DNA from: a virus
Taxonomy: Duplodnaviria; Caudoviricetes
Virus record (IMG/VR): IMGVR_UViG_3300044608_001438
Location: 1 to 59,751 of that record
DNA: 59,751 nucleotides
Strand: one strand, 5' to 3'
The translations under genes were made by a program, and so were the position numbers. Of this stretch, positions 25,550 through 35,851 are shown piece by piece; the first letter of the stretch is position 1, and every line of letters starts with the position of its first letter. Under the pieces are notes generated by a model. It was not told where the DNA came from. It did not search any database and was given only the letters and a program-made list of their open reading frames with translations.

Positions 25550-26175
25550 TTGGTGAGCATATAGACGACGGCCAGCGTCAGCAGGCACAGCATCGAAAAA
25601 ACAAACAGGATGAAGATCCCACCGAGCACCCACGCGACGCCCGCTACCGTGTTCCTCACCGGAGTCCTGGGAACCCCGAACAGGTTCCCATCAGGCACCG
25701 ACGACTCCGGGGACCACGGCATCGCGAACGATGGATCGCATTGACCATCCGGACAATCCGGAGCCTGGATCGCTTCCGCCGGTCCTGGATCGAGGTTGTG
25801 GGCCTGCTTCATCGCCTCATACAGAGCCTCAGCGGTCTTCGGGATGTTCTCCCGCGACGCCTTGTAGACGACGCCACCGTCAGCCCTTTGCAGCGTCACG
25901 CATGGAAGATCCGCCGCGGAGATGAAAGCCGAATAGCGCTGGATCATCAGGGCATCCGCCGGGTAGTGGTGCCAATGAGTCTTCCGCTTGAGGTCACGCA
26001 ATCGCGCGTCCGAATCGAACCACTTCACCAAGATCGCTTCCGATGGACTCTCTTTCCAGTTCGGCGACGTCCAAACAGACAGGAAGTATTTCTCGCCGTC
26101 TGCCGGACGATCCGGGACCGCCTGAGCCATGACTGACGAACATAGAACAAGGAACATCAACAGCCCGCGCATCAT
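25537..26175 (-). CDS. Secreted, C-terminally anchored protein
   Basis: Signal peptide MMRGLLMFLVLCSSVMAQ, CPDGQC motif, C-terminal transmembrane segment. Confidence 0.75.
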   Translation of the reverse strand: MMRGLLMFLVLCSSVMAQAVPDRPADGEKYFLSVWTSPNWKESPSEAILVKWFDSDARLRDLKRKTHWHHYPADALMIQRYSAFISAADLPCVTLQRADGGVVYKASRENIPKTAEALYEAMKQAHNLDPGPAEAIQAPDCPDGQCDPSFAMPWSPESSVPDGNLFGVPRTPVRNTVAGVAWVLGGIFILFVFSMLCLLTLAVVYMLTKWRI

Positions 26176-26176
26176 C

Positions 26177-26821
26177 TCACCTCGATGGATAGTTTCCGAC
26201 CAACAGCTTCGCGCCGCCCTGGTAGCACCTCTCGCAAACGGTAGTCGACGGAACGCCATCGATCCAGTCGGTATGCCACTGTTGGCCGATCGTTTCGCGG
26301 TTGCAGCTCGCGCACTTGAGCCCACCGGTCTTCACTTCGCCCAGCAACTGCACCGGGCGCGGACAGCGACCATCTGGACAACTCGATTCCGGCATAACAG
26401 GGACGGGAACCATCGGGACTTCTTCTTGCGGAAGAATCACCGGCTCTGGGTTCGGATACGGTGTCGGTCCGATCTGCGGGTAGGCTGGTTCTACATAGGG
26501 CGCCGGCTGATAGTTCGGGTAGCTCGGTTGTGGCTGGAATCGAGCACGGCGGGAACGGAATCGATTGAGCACCCAGCAATCTTTGATCTCGTTCAGAGCG
26601 GCCTTGTTGACCAGCCCGAGCTCAGCTTCTGCCGACTTGATCTCACCGCGCGGCCGGCGCAGTTCAACCTGTCGCGGCTTCGCGTCCTCATCGGCGCGAA
26701 AGACGATCGCCGCGCCTACGCCAACGATCGCCGCGGCTAGCAACACGGCACAGAGCCCGAACAGCGCAGCGGTCCCCGCGCTCAAAGCCACCACCAACGG
26801 ACTCGACTTGTCTTCGTTCAC
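26177..26821 (-). CDS. Membrane-anchored Pro-rich protein with Cys motifs
   Basis: N-terminal transmembrane segment, CPDGRC, CASC/CERC. Confidence 0.75.
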   Translation of the reverse strand: MNEDKSSPLVVALSAGTAALFGLCAVLLAAAIVGVGAAIVFRADEDAKPRQVELRRPRGEIKSAEAELGLVNKAALNEIKDCWVLNRFRSRRARFQPQPSYPNYQPAPYVEPAYPQIGPTPYPNPEPVILPQEEVPMVPVPVMPESSCPDGRCPRPVQLLGEVKTGGLKCASCNRETIGQQWHTDWIDGVPSTTVCERCYQGGAKLLVGNYPSR

Positions 26822-27399
26822 TTCCTCACCTCATAACCGGGATAAAGCAATGGACCAACTGGAGAGTACAACGCCGAAGCCGCGAAGCCACCGTAGCCGC
26901 GCCAGTTCTTCAAGAACTCCTGCTTCGGGATCCAAATGTAATTCTGAACCCGGTTGTTGTCATTCAGCAAGGCAAATTCCTGGCCATCTTTGCGAGTAAA
27001 TCCGCAGAAGTGAACGCAATGGCTCGGGAAGTACCAGATGATCGCACCGCGCCGCGTCTCGCTCGCCCAGTCCAGGAACGACGGATCGCCGTCTTCGGTG
27101 TAGACGAACGGGATCCGATTGACTGACCAAATCCGCTTGATCGAGTCCGCCGTCTGACCGCCTGCGTAGCTCTTGCGGAACCCGTCGGCCAGCGCCAGCT
27201 GATGCTGCCAGCGCAGATGATAGACGCTCGACGCAATGACGCACGAGCCGGACCCTTTGGCGTCGGTCCAGTTCCACGGACGCAATCCGACCGGCAGGTT
27301 CGCAGCAGGAACCTCGACCGGAGGCGCAGGGAGCTGAACCACCCGCGACGAACGCCCACATCCGACCAAGAAAAGCAGCAGCAGCAAACAAAATCGCAT
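26818..27399 (-). CDS. Lipoprotein with papain-like (C39-like) peptidase motifs
   Basis: Lipobox LVGC; GSCVIAS (Cys), HCVHFCG (His), LNDNN. Confidence 0.7.
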   Translation of the reverse strand: MRFCLLLLLFLVGCGRSSRVVQLPAPPVEVPAANLPVGLRPWNWTDAKGSGSCVIASSVYHLRWQHQLALADGFRKSYAGGQTADSIKRIWSVNRIPFVYTEDGDPSFLDWASETRRGAIIWYFPSHCVHFCGFTRKDGQEFALLNDNNRVQNYIWIPKQEFLKNWRGYGGFAASALYSPVGPLLYPGYEVRK

Positions 27400-27444
27400 A
27401 GGTCACCCCCGCGAGGGTTGTACCCTTCTGGGTGTCACTTTGGG

Positions 27445-28140
27445 TTAGATAGATGGGTACCAGCGACGACACGCCGGGTCAGCCACCGCTTTCAGCCGGA
27501 ACGATTCTCGATGCTGCGGCTTGGCGTTCGTGTACCAATCATCCGAGCCATAGCCGGACGCATGAGCCGCCGATGTTTCGCCCCAGCGATAGACGTACTG
27601 AGGAGGACCATAAAGGCATGGATCGATCATCCCAAGCCGTTCGAAATTAGCGATCGATTCCTGGTCGTAGGAACATTTAGCAGACTGAGAGAGATTGCCT
27701 TCAAAGACCTCCCGCCACATCGCGCAGGATCCCCAGAATCGACCCGCCCCGGATTCCGGCTGGAGCGTCCCGGTGTAGGTCGAGTAGACCGTAGCAGGCT
27801 TCGAAAATGGTCCGTGTCGGAGCGCCTTCGAGTGATTCAGCAGATGATGAGGGAAGTACAGGTCATCATCATCCCAAATCGCCACCGCCTCGAAATCCAG
27901 ATCGGCACACTCAGAAAACCCCAGCAGATACTTTTGCGGGAGCGTCGGAACCCTCGCCCCAGTTTGGACAACAATCACATCCGAAGGCGCATCCGTTGCA
28001 TCGATCGTCCCAAGATCATCAATCAAGCATAGATAGGCGTCATCGTCTTTCGCCTGCTGCTTGAAGCACCATATCGCATTCCAGACAAGTTCAGGACGTC
28101 GCCCATAGGTCGGACATAAACAGAGAAACCGCATCGCCAC
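27445..28140 (-). CDS. GT-A/GT2-like glycosyltransferase
   Basis: LCPTYGR, IDD, WDDDDLYFPHHL, YVYRW. Confidence 0.85.
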   Translation of the reverse strand: MAMRFLCLCPTYGRRPELVWNAIWCFKQQAKDDDAYLCLIDDLGTIDATDAPSDVIVVQTGARVPTLPQKYLLGFSECADLDFEAVAIWDDDDLYFPHHLLNHSKALRHGPFSKPATVYSTYTGTLQPESGAGRFWGSCAMWREVFEGNLSQSAKCSYDQESIANFERLGMIDPCLYGPPQYVYRWGETSAAHASGYGSDDWYTNAKPQHRESFRLKAVADPACRRWYPSI

Positions 28141-28153
28141 CCCCTAGCGTCCA

Positions 28154-28173
28154 AAGGTCTCACGTGAGACCTT
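28154..28173. repeat. 20-bp palindrome site (perfect; extends to 26 bp, 28151-28176)
   Basis: CCAAAGGTCTCACGTGAGACCTTTGG. Confidence 0.95.
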
Positions 28174-28176
28174 TGG

Positions 28177-30195
28177 TTATGACCGATCGCAAGTTCCCTT
28201 GCAACCATTGCGGCACTCCGTTTCGCAGGCTTTTTCCTCGGCTCTCCTGATCGCTTCATCGATCAGGCTTTCCTCAAGTCTCAACGGATTGAGCCGGAAG
28301 GCCAGCGCCCAGCCTTCGCGCTTGAGTGTAGCCGCCGCGCCGATCCGCAGCTTTTCCGCCCAAGTCCACTTCTCGGAGTTCTCTTTGACGTTCTTGAGAA
28401 TCCAGGCGTATGGCTCTGGTTGTTTGCAGATCGTCGGCCCCCAATAGTCCATCTGCAGCGCGACGGCTTTGCACGAACATCCTGGACGCTCAGTGACTCC
28501 AAGCGACTCGAGCATCCTGAACATTTCAGTACCGGGACCAAATCCAGGCGGCCAAGGAATGATAGTAGACTTTGGCCGGAACTCCTCGACCTTGGAAAGG
28601 ATCGTCAGGCCCCATTGGCTCGGCCCATGATGCGCGACAAACCAATCTGAATTCTCCGACAGGAACGCCTTCATCGCGTCCCACATTCCGTCCTTCCCAT
28701 CGTCGCCGATTTCCCCATTGGCCTGAGTGTCATGGATCGCGATACACCTGGATACCATCGGACCCCATGCCTTCAACTCCTCGCCTAGTCGTTCGCCGTT
28801 GGCGCGCGTGTCGAGGAACAGGAAGTCGCACGCCTCTGGCTGTCGCGGGTGATTGTGGTCCCAAGGAACGATCCTTGCCGCCCCGTACCGCTCAGCGTAG
28901 TCCTGGATGGCGTCCTGCTCTTCGTTGTAGCTCGTTACCTCACACCCAGCCACAACCAGCGGGAAAACGGACTCACGACGCTTGGCTAGTTCCACTGCCT
29001 TTTTGCACCCCTTCGCGTGGTGAATGATCGCGTCGAAATGCTCGTTCAAGTCTCGCGGATTCGCTCGCAGGAAGTCGAGCACTCCCGGAATGTCGAACAC
29101 ATGAGACGGCTGGGGATGATTGATCGGCCTACCGGATGGAGCCGTTGGAGGTCCTGCCGGTGGAACGTAGCCGACCGGGTCAGCGACAATCTGCTGCCAC
29201 TTCTCTTCCGGCAGACCTTCTCCCATAAAGTGCTGTCGGATCGGCTCGATGTCGCGACCGAGTTCCTGGAAGCCGATCACATAGTTCCGAACCTTCCCCT
29301 CCATCGTGTATCGATATCGCGCACCCTCTGGACGCCCGAATCGATGCCACCACCCGAGCCCTGGAACGCAATAGGTCGCACTTCCTCGCGCTAGGTACTT
29401 CGCGTGAATATACCCTTCCTCGCCACCGAACTCCCGGAAGTCACGATTGAATCCAGGCCAAGATTCCCGCCGCGCCAGGAACATCCCGAGGCCCTGAGCA
29501 GGAACCTTAAACGGATCCACGGTGAGTTCGTTCGGCGGTCGATTCCACGATGTCATGAGTGGACGGATCCTTGGGACAAAACGCCTCAAAGCCATCTCAT
29601 GCCCAGCGTATGGGATGCGATCCGGAATATCGAACCCAAGATCGATCCTCTTCATCTCAAGACTAGATCCGACCTCAAAGAACACACAGTTCCCATCCTG
29701 ATCCGGATGAACGGAAAACACCTGCCCGTCAGCCGTCGCCCACGCAGTCGCCCAAATCCCCCACATCTGGCCACGCCAAACCATATCGAAGTGCGTCGAT
29801 CCCCACTTCAATCCATCGTAGTAAATCGGACCGGTAAGCATCGAGTCGCGATATGACGCCTGATGCGTCACCGAATAAGCACGACCCAAGAAATTCGGCT
29901 GAAGCAACACGTGACAATCGAGCACCAAGACCCAATCACCGATCGCATTGTCGAAAATCGCCTGACGCGGTTGAGTCGTTGAGTTTGGCCCGTGGTACTC
30001 AATGAACCGAACCGGAACCAATTGCACCTTGTCGCAAAACGACTTGAGCTCGCGCGAGTGAGCACTTCCAGGAGACGCATCGATTACTAGGATCTCAGCC
30101 ACATCGTAAAGATTCTGGTAGGCGAGAATCGACTGAATGGTAAATACTGCGCCGTGAAAATCTTCGTAGTGAGCCATCCCGATAGAAATCGTCAT
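28177..30195 (-). CDS. GT2 glycosyltransferase fused to a SAM methyltransferase-like domain and a C-terminal Cys domain
   Basis: ILVIDA, VLVLDCHV, GFNRDFREFGGEE; CDFLFLDT...IAIHDT; GPGTE...CSC...MDYWG. Confidence 0.85.
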   Translation of the reverse strand: MTISIGMAHYEDFHGAVFTIQSILAYQNLYDVAEILVIDASPGSAHSRELKSFCDKVQLVPVRFIEYHGPNSTTQPRQAIFDNAIGDWVLVLDCHVLLQPNFLGRAYSVTHQASYRDSMLTGPIYYDGLKWGSTHFDMVWRGQMWGIWATAWATADGQVFSVHPDQDGNCVFFEVGSSLEMKRIDLGFDIPDRIPYAGHEMALRRFVPRIRPLMTSWNRPPNELTVDPFKVPAQGLGMFLARRESWPGFNRDFREFGGEEGYIHAKYLARGSATYCVPGLGWWHRFGRPEGARYRYTMEGKVRNYVIGFQELGRDIEPIRQHFMGEGLPEEKWQQIVADPVGYVPPAGPPTAPSGRPINHPQPSHVFDIPGVLDFLRANPRDLNEHFDAIIHHAKGCKKAVELAKRRESVFPLVVAGCEVTSYNEEQDAIQDYAERYGAARIVPWDHNHPRQPEACDFLFLDTRANGERLGEELKAWGPMVSRCIAIHDTQANGEIGDDGKDGMWDAMKAFLSENSDWFVAHHGPSQWGLTILSKVEEFRPKSTIIPWPPGFGPGTEMFRMLESLGVTERPGCSCKAVALQMDYWGPTICKQPEPYAWILKNVKENSEKWTWAEKLRIGAAATLKREGWALAFRLNPLRLEESLIDEAIRRAEEKACETECRNGCKGTCDRS

Positions 30196-30199
30196 TGCG

Positions 30200-32500
30200 T
30201 TACCCCGGAGGTGCGGTAGAAGGTGCCGTCGTCGTGGTCGTTGTGCTCGTAGTGCAAACCACCCCAGCACAAGGACCGCTCGTAAATGTTCCACCAATCG
30301 AGGAACAGTATGACGACGTTGTGATACTTGTCACCCCATTTTTACAGCAGCAACCATACTGGGGGCAAGGATCCGGAGAGCAAACCGTGCCGGCGCCTTG
30401 CCACGTGTTGCGGACGTTCAGCCGCGCGAGGCAAGCGGCCTGAGTCAATACCTCGCACGGAAGGCTTGACCCCTGATCGCTAATCCCGCAGCAAGCCCCA
30501 GTCGGAGGAGTCGTGCTCGTCGTCGTGCTGGTCGTCGTGCTTGTTGTGCTCGTGGTTGTCGTCGCGCAATCGATCTCGGCGCATGTCTTTCCTGGGTAGA
30601 AATCACCTGAGCACGCTGCCGCATTGGCGACGTTAGCGCACGCCTTAGGACCGCCGCCGACGGCCGCGCAGCAGGCCCCAGGCCCTCCAGTGGTCGTAGT
30701 GGTCGTGCTAGTGCTTGTGCTGGTCGTTGTAGTGTTGGATCCGCAGGGAGTAAATGCAACCTCGCAGTTCCCCGATCCGGTGTGGGTCGGTGCGGCGCAT
30801 GGGCAGTTTCCAGGGCATGGCGATGGAGCCGCAAGGGTCCAAGCCGACGCAGAAGCATTCCATCGCCATCGGCAATTCCCTCCGCAGTTCGGGGTCGTGC
30901 TCGTGCAACTGGCGCAAGCGTTTTGAGCCCCAGGCTTGCAGGCAGTGTATGCCAGCTCTCCGCAAGAGCTTGGAGCGTAGTTCGGGTATGGACAGCGTCC
31001 AGGGCATTGCAATTCAGAATCAGGCTGTCCGCACTGTTTGTTTGATGATCCGCAATAGGTCGGTTCGCATCCATGAACATTTCCGAGCGGGTTCAGTGGA
31101 TTCGGCGAGTATCTTTCCCAAACCAAGCCGCAGCTTCCATATTCCACGGCTCGCCATTGACAGTCTGGAAGTCGCGGGCACGCTGTCGTCGTGGTGCGGA
31201 TGCAAGCGTAGGTCGTTCCCGTGATGCAAGGTCTTTGCCGATTCAGCTCTTCATCGAGATTGAACGAAGGACAAACAGCCCCAGCAGAGCAGCTATTGAA
31301 CAATACTACGCTAAACTCTTCTCCGGTTGATGGATTCTTGACGCATTGGACGGACCAGCCACAGTCCCCAGGGGCGCCGGTCGTGGTCGTCGTATTGCAG
31401 TTGCACGTCGTCGAAGTGCACCCGTCGACGGTGTCATAGATCCGGCGATCGCAATAGGTGTAGGTGCAATCACCAGGAAACGGACAGAACGTAGGACGCG
31501 GGCACTGGCAAGCTACCGTCGTGCTCGTCGTGCTCGATGTCGTCGATGTGCATGGGCAAGCGCTCGTCGTCGTAGTCGTGCTGGTCGTCGTGCTAGTGCC
31601 GGTCGCGCAAGTGTCGGAACTCTTGGTCCATGTTCCACCGGACTCAGTCCAGTAGCACGATCCCTGACAAGGAGAGAGACCTGGAGCCGTTGGGAGTCCG
31701 GTTGTCGTGGTCGTGAGAATCGGAACGCCTGATGCGTTCAGGATCGTCACGCCTGCGACGTGTTGATCGGCGCCGGCAGACTGCCACGCTCCGGAGTCCG
31801 CCTGCACGATTTCCCATGAGCCAGCCACAGGATTCGCCCGCAGTGACACACCGACGGAACCTTTCGCGCGAACCATCGGCAGTCGCTGGATAGCCCCGTA
31901 CCCGCAGGAAGGAACTGCGTAGGGACCATTGAACACAAACGGCCCGGATCCTTCTGGCTTGCGCACCGTCAGATAGGTCTCTGATCCGTACTCCAGGGTT
32001 CCGGTCACCTCTAACACGGCGAATGCTGGGATCTCTTCGCACGCGAAATTCACGAACCCCATCGGCTTGCCGTTGTTCGGACGAATCAGCCAGCTTCGGG
32101 TCGTCGTGTCTTCGTAGTAGCTTTCCGTCGGATCGGCCGTCATTGCGATAAAGGCAGTCCCTGCACCGCTCAAATACCATGACCCCGACACGGGACCGAC
32201 TGAATTGCCAACCTGAGTATCCGCATCATCGACCACCGCAAGGCATGGGAACGACAGCGTACAGCGGCCGTAGGATCCGTTCGGTACAGGTGCCTCTAGG
32301 TTGAAAGCACATCGCGCCGGATCTTGCGCTAGCGCGTCGGTCGCCGTTGCCTTTCGGACCGACAGAACCATGTCCCCATCGCGATCGGTTGCAGCGTGGT
32401 CGCCCTCTCCGTCTGGCTTGAGGATCATGCAAGCGAATGGAGGGATCGTCTCCCCAGTGTCGTTGAGGAATGAGAACGTCCGCAGTTGAGCCTCAAACAT
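30200..32500 (-). CDS. Cys-rich, poly-Thr (mucin-like) putative tail fibre/adhesin
   Basis: Duplicated N-terminal NxxxExIPxFA module; dozens of Cys; GACC repeats; Thr/Ser runs; last gene of the tail cluster. Confidence 0.8.
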   Translation of the reverse strand: MFEAQLRTFSFLNDTGETIPPFACMILKPDGEGDHAATDRDGDMVLSVRKATATDALAQDPARCAFNLEAPVPNGSYGRCTLSFPCLAVVDDADTQVGNSVGPVSGSWYLSGAGTAFIAMTADPTESYYEDTTTRSWLIRPNNGKPMGFVNFACEEIPAFAVLEVTGTLEYGSETYLTVRKPEGSGPFVFNGPYAVPSCGYGAIQRLPMVRAKGSVGVSLRANPVAGSWEIVQADSGAWQSAGADQHVAGVTILNASGVPILTTTTTGLPTAPGLSPCQGSCYWTESGGTWTKSSDTCATGTSTTTSTTTTTSACPCTSTTSSTTSTTVACQCPRPTFCPFPGDCTYTYCDRRIYDTVDGCTSTTCNCNTTTTTGAPGDCGWSVQCVKNPSTGEEFSVVLFNSCSAGAVCPSFNLDEELNRQRPCITGTTYACIRTTTTACPRLPDCQWRAVEYGSCGLVWERYSPNPLNPLGNVHGCEPTYCGSSNKQCGQPDSELQCPGRCPYPNYAPSSCGELAYTACKPGAQNACASCTSTTPNCGGNCRWRWNASASAWTLAAPSPCPGNCPCAAPTHTGSGNCEVAFTPCGSNTTTTSTSTSTTTTTTGGPGACCAAVGGGPKACANVANAAACSGDFYPGKTCAEIDCATTTTSTTSTTTSTTTSTTPPTGACCGISDQGSSLPCEVLTQAACLARLNVRNTWQGAGTVCSPDPCPQYGCCCKNGVTSITTSSYCSSIGGTFTSGPCAGVVCTTSTTTTTTAPSTAPPG

Positions 32501-34283
32501 TCTTGTCCCTCACCTTCCCGAGTTGTGCCGCCTGCAGTTCGCGAGTCAGCTTTGAGACGATCTCTTGATCGACCTGCTTTAGCTTCTCTTCGTAGGTCGT
32601 CCGGTCTTCCGGTCGCTCCGTCTGCCATTCCATAGAGGTCGTGCAAAGTCCGTTCGCCGACTTGTTCAGCGTGAGCGATCGGACCGCCCCGTCAATGTCG
32701 TAATCGAAGACCAGCCCCCGTAACTGCAATGAGCACGCCTGAGGATCGACGTACCGCCGCAGTTCACGCTCACAGTAGTACAGCGCCTCCCGTTCGAACT
32801 CTTGGAAGTCCGTTTTGTCTTCGCCTCCGGAACTCAGCGCGAACTCATATTCCAGCCCCGGCGCGTCGATTGTCTTGACCAACCCGGGAACACCGTTCGC
32901 GATGCGGTACCAATACTGCTGCCGGAGCGGTTGTCGCTTCTGCACGTCGCGAAGAACGAAGGAAGTCCGGAGCCACAGCCAGGGCTCCTCGCGCGAGGCC
33001 ACTCCGTTCGCGTCGCGGTCCATGTAGATAACCGGCTCATCGAACTTGACTATCCCAGTCTGCGCGTCGATTGTGAACCGTCGGCCGTCTTTCGATCCGC
33101 GCGTGTTCGGGTCGTCGTACCCGCCCCCATAGATCAGATATGGGGTCAGGCTTTCGATTGTCGTATTCTGCGGGAATTGCCGGGAGTTTTGCGCGATTGA
33201 TGCGGGCTTGTCGTCGTTGTTGCTTGCGGCCTGCTTTCGATCGTAGAAGTATCCCAGGACGGTCGCGGGCTTGCGGTCCGGTCGCTTCGCATCCGAAAAG
33301 AACGGGAGCGATACTTGGGCACCATCGAGGGGCAGGATCCGCGTTCGATCGTTCAGCGTGAACACTTCGTCGATGTACTTCGAAGGACTGAACCCGGAGC
33401 CCTTCGCCGCGCGTTCGGCTTCCTTGAGGAGCGACGCGAACTGCGATTTCCCGGGGATCTCTTCGTTGTCTTCGACGATGCGGAACGTCCGCCAAATGGT
33501 CTGCCGCGCGAGGTCGCGATACTTCGAATCGACACCCATGAATGAGTCAGGATCTTCGTTGGCCCAGCCTCCAGCGGGCTTGTAGCTCAGCTCGTCGATC
33601 GGTCGAATCCACTCAGTCGCGAATCGCTCATAGCCGACCGCCTCCAACCGTAGATCCCGTTGGAATCGAATCGGGGCACCTTGCACGCAAATCCACTCGG
33701 GAACCACCGGAGGCTCTTCGGTAAATGTCGCTTCCGCAACGCGTCGATCGTTCGTCGGCGCCTGGATCCCCTCGCCGATCCGGACAATCCGCGATCGATC
33801 ATCCCAACCCAGAACGATCTGCAAACCAACCGAATCGAGCAACTGAGTCAGCGCATTCGCAGCGACTTCACCTTCCCATGAGACCGGGGGAGTGATCTCC
33901 GGCACCAGGGCCACATCGACGCCCACTTCGCCCATCGCCTCCAGGCAATCGCCGACCATTTCGCGCATAGTCCTCCGGACGCCGTTCTGCACATTGAACG
34001 CCCCGAATACCGTGCCATAGTGCCACCGCCACCGCCGGTCTTGCAATGACACCTCCCGCATCTTGGCAGGCCCAGGAGGGACCACGGAGCGAATCACGCG
34101 ACAGTCCGACAGCCGGAGGTAGCCTGAGCCGTAGAACACATCAAGGACGCCGAATTGAGCCACTGGCGCCCCAAGGATGAACCGCAGGGTAATCAGCCCC
34201 GGCTGGACGCCTGCGGATCGGCCGATTGAGCATTGCCCGTCCGCCGCGAATCCGTTCCAACGAAAGATCCCCTGCAAGTCCAT
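32493..34283 (-). CDS. Putative tail tip/hub protein
   Basis: Long ORF in the post-TMP cluster. Confidence 0.65.
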   Translation of the reverse strand: MDLQGIFRWNGFAADGQCSIGRSAGVQPGLITLRFILGAPVAQFGVLDVFYGSGYLRLSDCRVIRSVVPPGPAKMREVSLQDRRWRWHYGTVFGAFNVQNGVRRTMREMVGDCLEAMGEVGVDVALVPEITPPVSWEGEVAANALTQLLDSVGLQIVLGWDDRSRIVRIGEGIQAPTNDRRVAEATFTEEPPVVPEWICVQGAPIRFQRDLRLEAVGYERFATEWIRPIDELSYKPAGGWANEDPDSFMGVDSKYRDLARQTIWRTFRIVEDNEEIPGKSQFASLLKEAERAAKGSGFSPSKYIDEVFTLNDRTRILPLDGAQVSLPFFSDAKRPDRKPATVLGYFYDRKQAASNNDDKPASIAQNSRQFPQNTTIESLTPYLIYGGGYDDPNTRGSKDGRRFTIDAQTGIVKFDEPVIYMDRDANGVASREEPWLWLRTSFVLRDVQKRQPLRQQYWYRIANGVPGLVKTIDAPGLEYEFALSSGGEDKTDFQEFEREALYYCERELRRYVDPQACSLQLRGLVFDYDIDGAVRSLTLNKSANGLCTTSMEWQTERPEDRTTYEEKLKQVDQEIVSKLTRELQAAQLGKVRDKNV

Positions 34284-34293
34284 CGGCCAGCCC

Positions 34294-34584
34294 TCAAGAT
34301 AGATCGACCACTTCGCCGATAGACACCTGCACCGACACATCCGGCCAGCGGCGCCGGAACGTCACGATCCGCCCGAGGATCGCGTCCCCCGCCTGCTCGC
34401 CTTCTCCCAGGTCCAAAATGTAACAGATGGAGTCCTGACCGTCTGGGTTGTTACGGTTGCGAAATCGCATCGGAGGGATCGACGCGAGCCAGCTCATCGT
34501 CAGCGCGTGCTCCAGTTCCATCTGCGACTGAACCGCATCGATCGCCGGACCGTTCCACCATGCCAGAACCGTAAGACGTTGCAT
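34294..34584 (-). CDS. Hypothetical protein
   Basis: ORF track; GGAG RBS. Confidence 0.6.
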   Translation of the reverse strand: MQRLTVLAWWNGPAIDAVQSQMELEHALTMSWLASIPPMRFRNRNNPDGQDSICYILDLGEGEQAGDAILGRIVTFRRRWPDVSVQVSIGEVVDLS

Positions 34585-34594
34585 CGCTGCTCCA

Positions 34595-34614
34595 AAGGTC
34601 TCGCGCGTGACCTT
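34595..34614. repeat. 20-bp palindrome site (overlaps stop at 34613)
   Basis: AAGGTCTCGCGCGTGACCTT. Confidence 0.95.
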
Positions 34615-35851
34615 ACGAAATCGTTACACCAAAGCCAAGATCCAGCGTCACATCGGCAAGCCGCGCGCCGACCAGGACCACGCCGGTCGTCCAGGTGATC
34701 TTGTCGAGCGGATCGAGGATCGTTCCGCCAGCGTGAATGTCCGCCGCCGCGATCGTCTTGGTAGACGCGACGCGCCCGAAGTCGCAAGTCCCGCCGGGTT
34801 CCGCGGTCAGCTTGGTCGAAATCCCGCCGGAGGACTCCCAGTTGATCCGCGCCCTCGATCCCACCTTGACCGTCGGAGTCGCACTGGCCAGCCGGGTTGT
34901 GACCGTCGCCCCGTCCCTCGCGGTCAGAGTCGTTGCGTTCGATTCGAGCACCAGTTCCCCGCCCATGCAAGTGATCGTCGTGACCGTCACCCTGGAAGAG
35001 ACCGAAACGGAAGGACGCACCCTGGCCCCAGGTCGCTCGATGATGTTCAGCGCCGATACCGCCGCGCTCGATGGATCATCCAGCAGGATCGATCCGCCGT
35101 AGACGTTGACCACGGAGGAGGAGTCCAACCCAAAGAGTTGAATCGGGAACCCTTCGAGCGTGTTAGCCGGCGATGCAAAGACGGTCACCGTGCCAGTTCC
35201 GTCGTTCAGGTCGATCAGGATCCGGCCAGCCCCAACCCCCGGACCGTCGCCGATGTTCACGACGAGAGTCCCCGAGCCATCGCCCAGCGTCAGGAACCGC
35301 GTCCGATATTCCGGATATCCCGCCGCGTTCGTTGGAGGAAGTCCGATCGCTCCGTTGTAGCTTGCCTTGATGGTCAGGCTGGCGTAGTTCGTCGTGTCCG
35401 TCAAACCATAAAGGACCGGCACCGATGAGTCTTCTAGCACGAGGTCATCGGCCGCGCTCGGTAGCGTACCGCCGGACCAGTTCGCCGCAAGGTTCCAAAA
35501 GTTCGGACCGCTCGCCGCGGTAATCTCGGTCACCGTCGCCGTTCCGCTGGACGCGCTCGCTGTGATCGTGTGAGGCACTCCGCCAGCCCGTGCCGTCAGT
35601 TGCAAGCCCACGAGCACCGTCGACTCGATCCGCTGCGCCGCGATGAGCTCCTGATGTTCCGGCTCGCTGGAAGCGTTCCAAGCCGCAATCAATCCATCGA
35701 TGATCGTCGCAAGGCTGGAGGTGGTTGACACGTAGGAAACCGTCTTGCCGTTGATCGTCACGTTGTAGGTATGGGATCCGGTCGCGCTCCAAGTCACCTT
35801 CGTCACCTGTGCCACGCTTGCGGCCCGTCCGGTCCAGGTCTTCGTCGCCAT
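34613..35851 (-). CDS. Putative minor tail protein (beta-rich, GPNFWNLAANWSGGTLP)
   Basis: TGATG coupling; Thr/Gly/Ala-rich. Confidence 0.7.
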   Translation of the reverse strand: MATKTWTGRAASVAQVTKVTWSATGSHTYNVTINGKTVSYVSTTSSLATIIDGLIAAWNASSEPEHQELIAAQRIESTVLVGLQLTARAGGVPHTITASASSGTATVTEITAASGPNFWNLAANWSGGTLPSAADDLVLEDSSVPVLYGLTDTTNYASLTIKASYNGAIGLPPTNAAGYPEYRTRFLTLGDGSGTLVVNIGDGPGVGAGRILIDLNDGTGTVTVFASPANTLEGFPIQLFGLDSSSVVNVYGGSILLDDPSSAAVSALNIIERPGARVRPSVSVSSRVTVTTITCMGGELVLESNATTLTARDGATVTTRLASATPTVKVGSRARINWESSGGISTKLTAEPGGTCDFGRVASTKTIAAADIHAGGTILDPLDKITWTTGVVLVGARLADVTLDLGFGVTIS

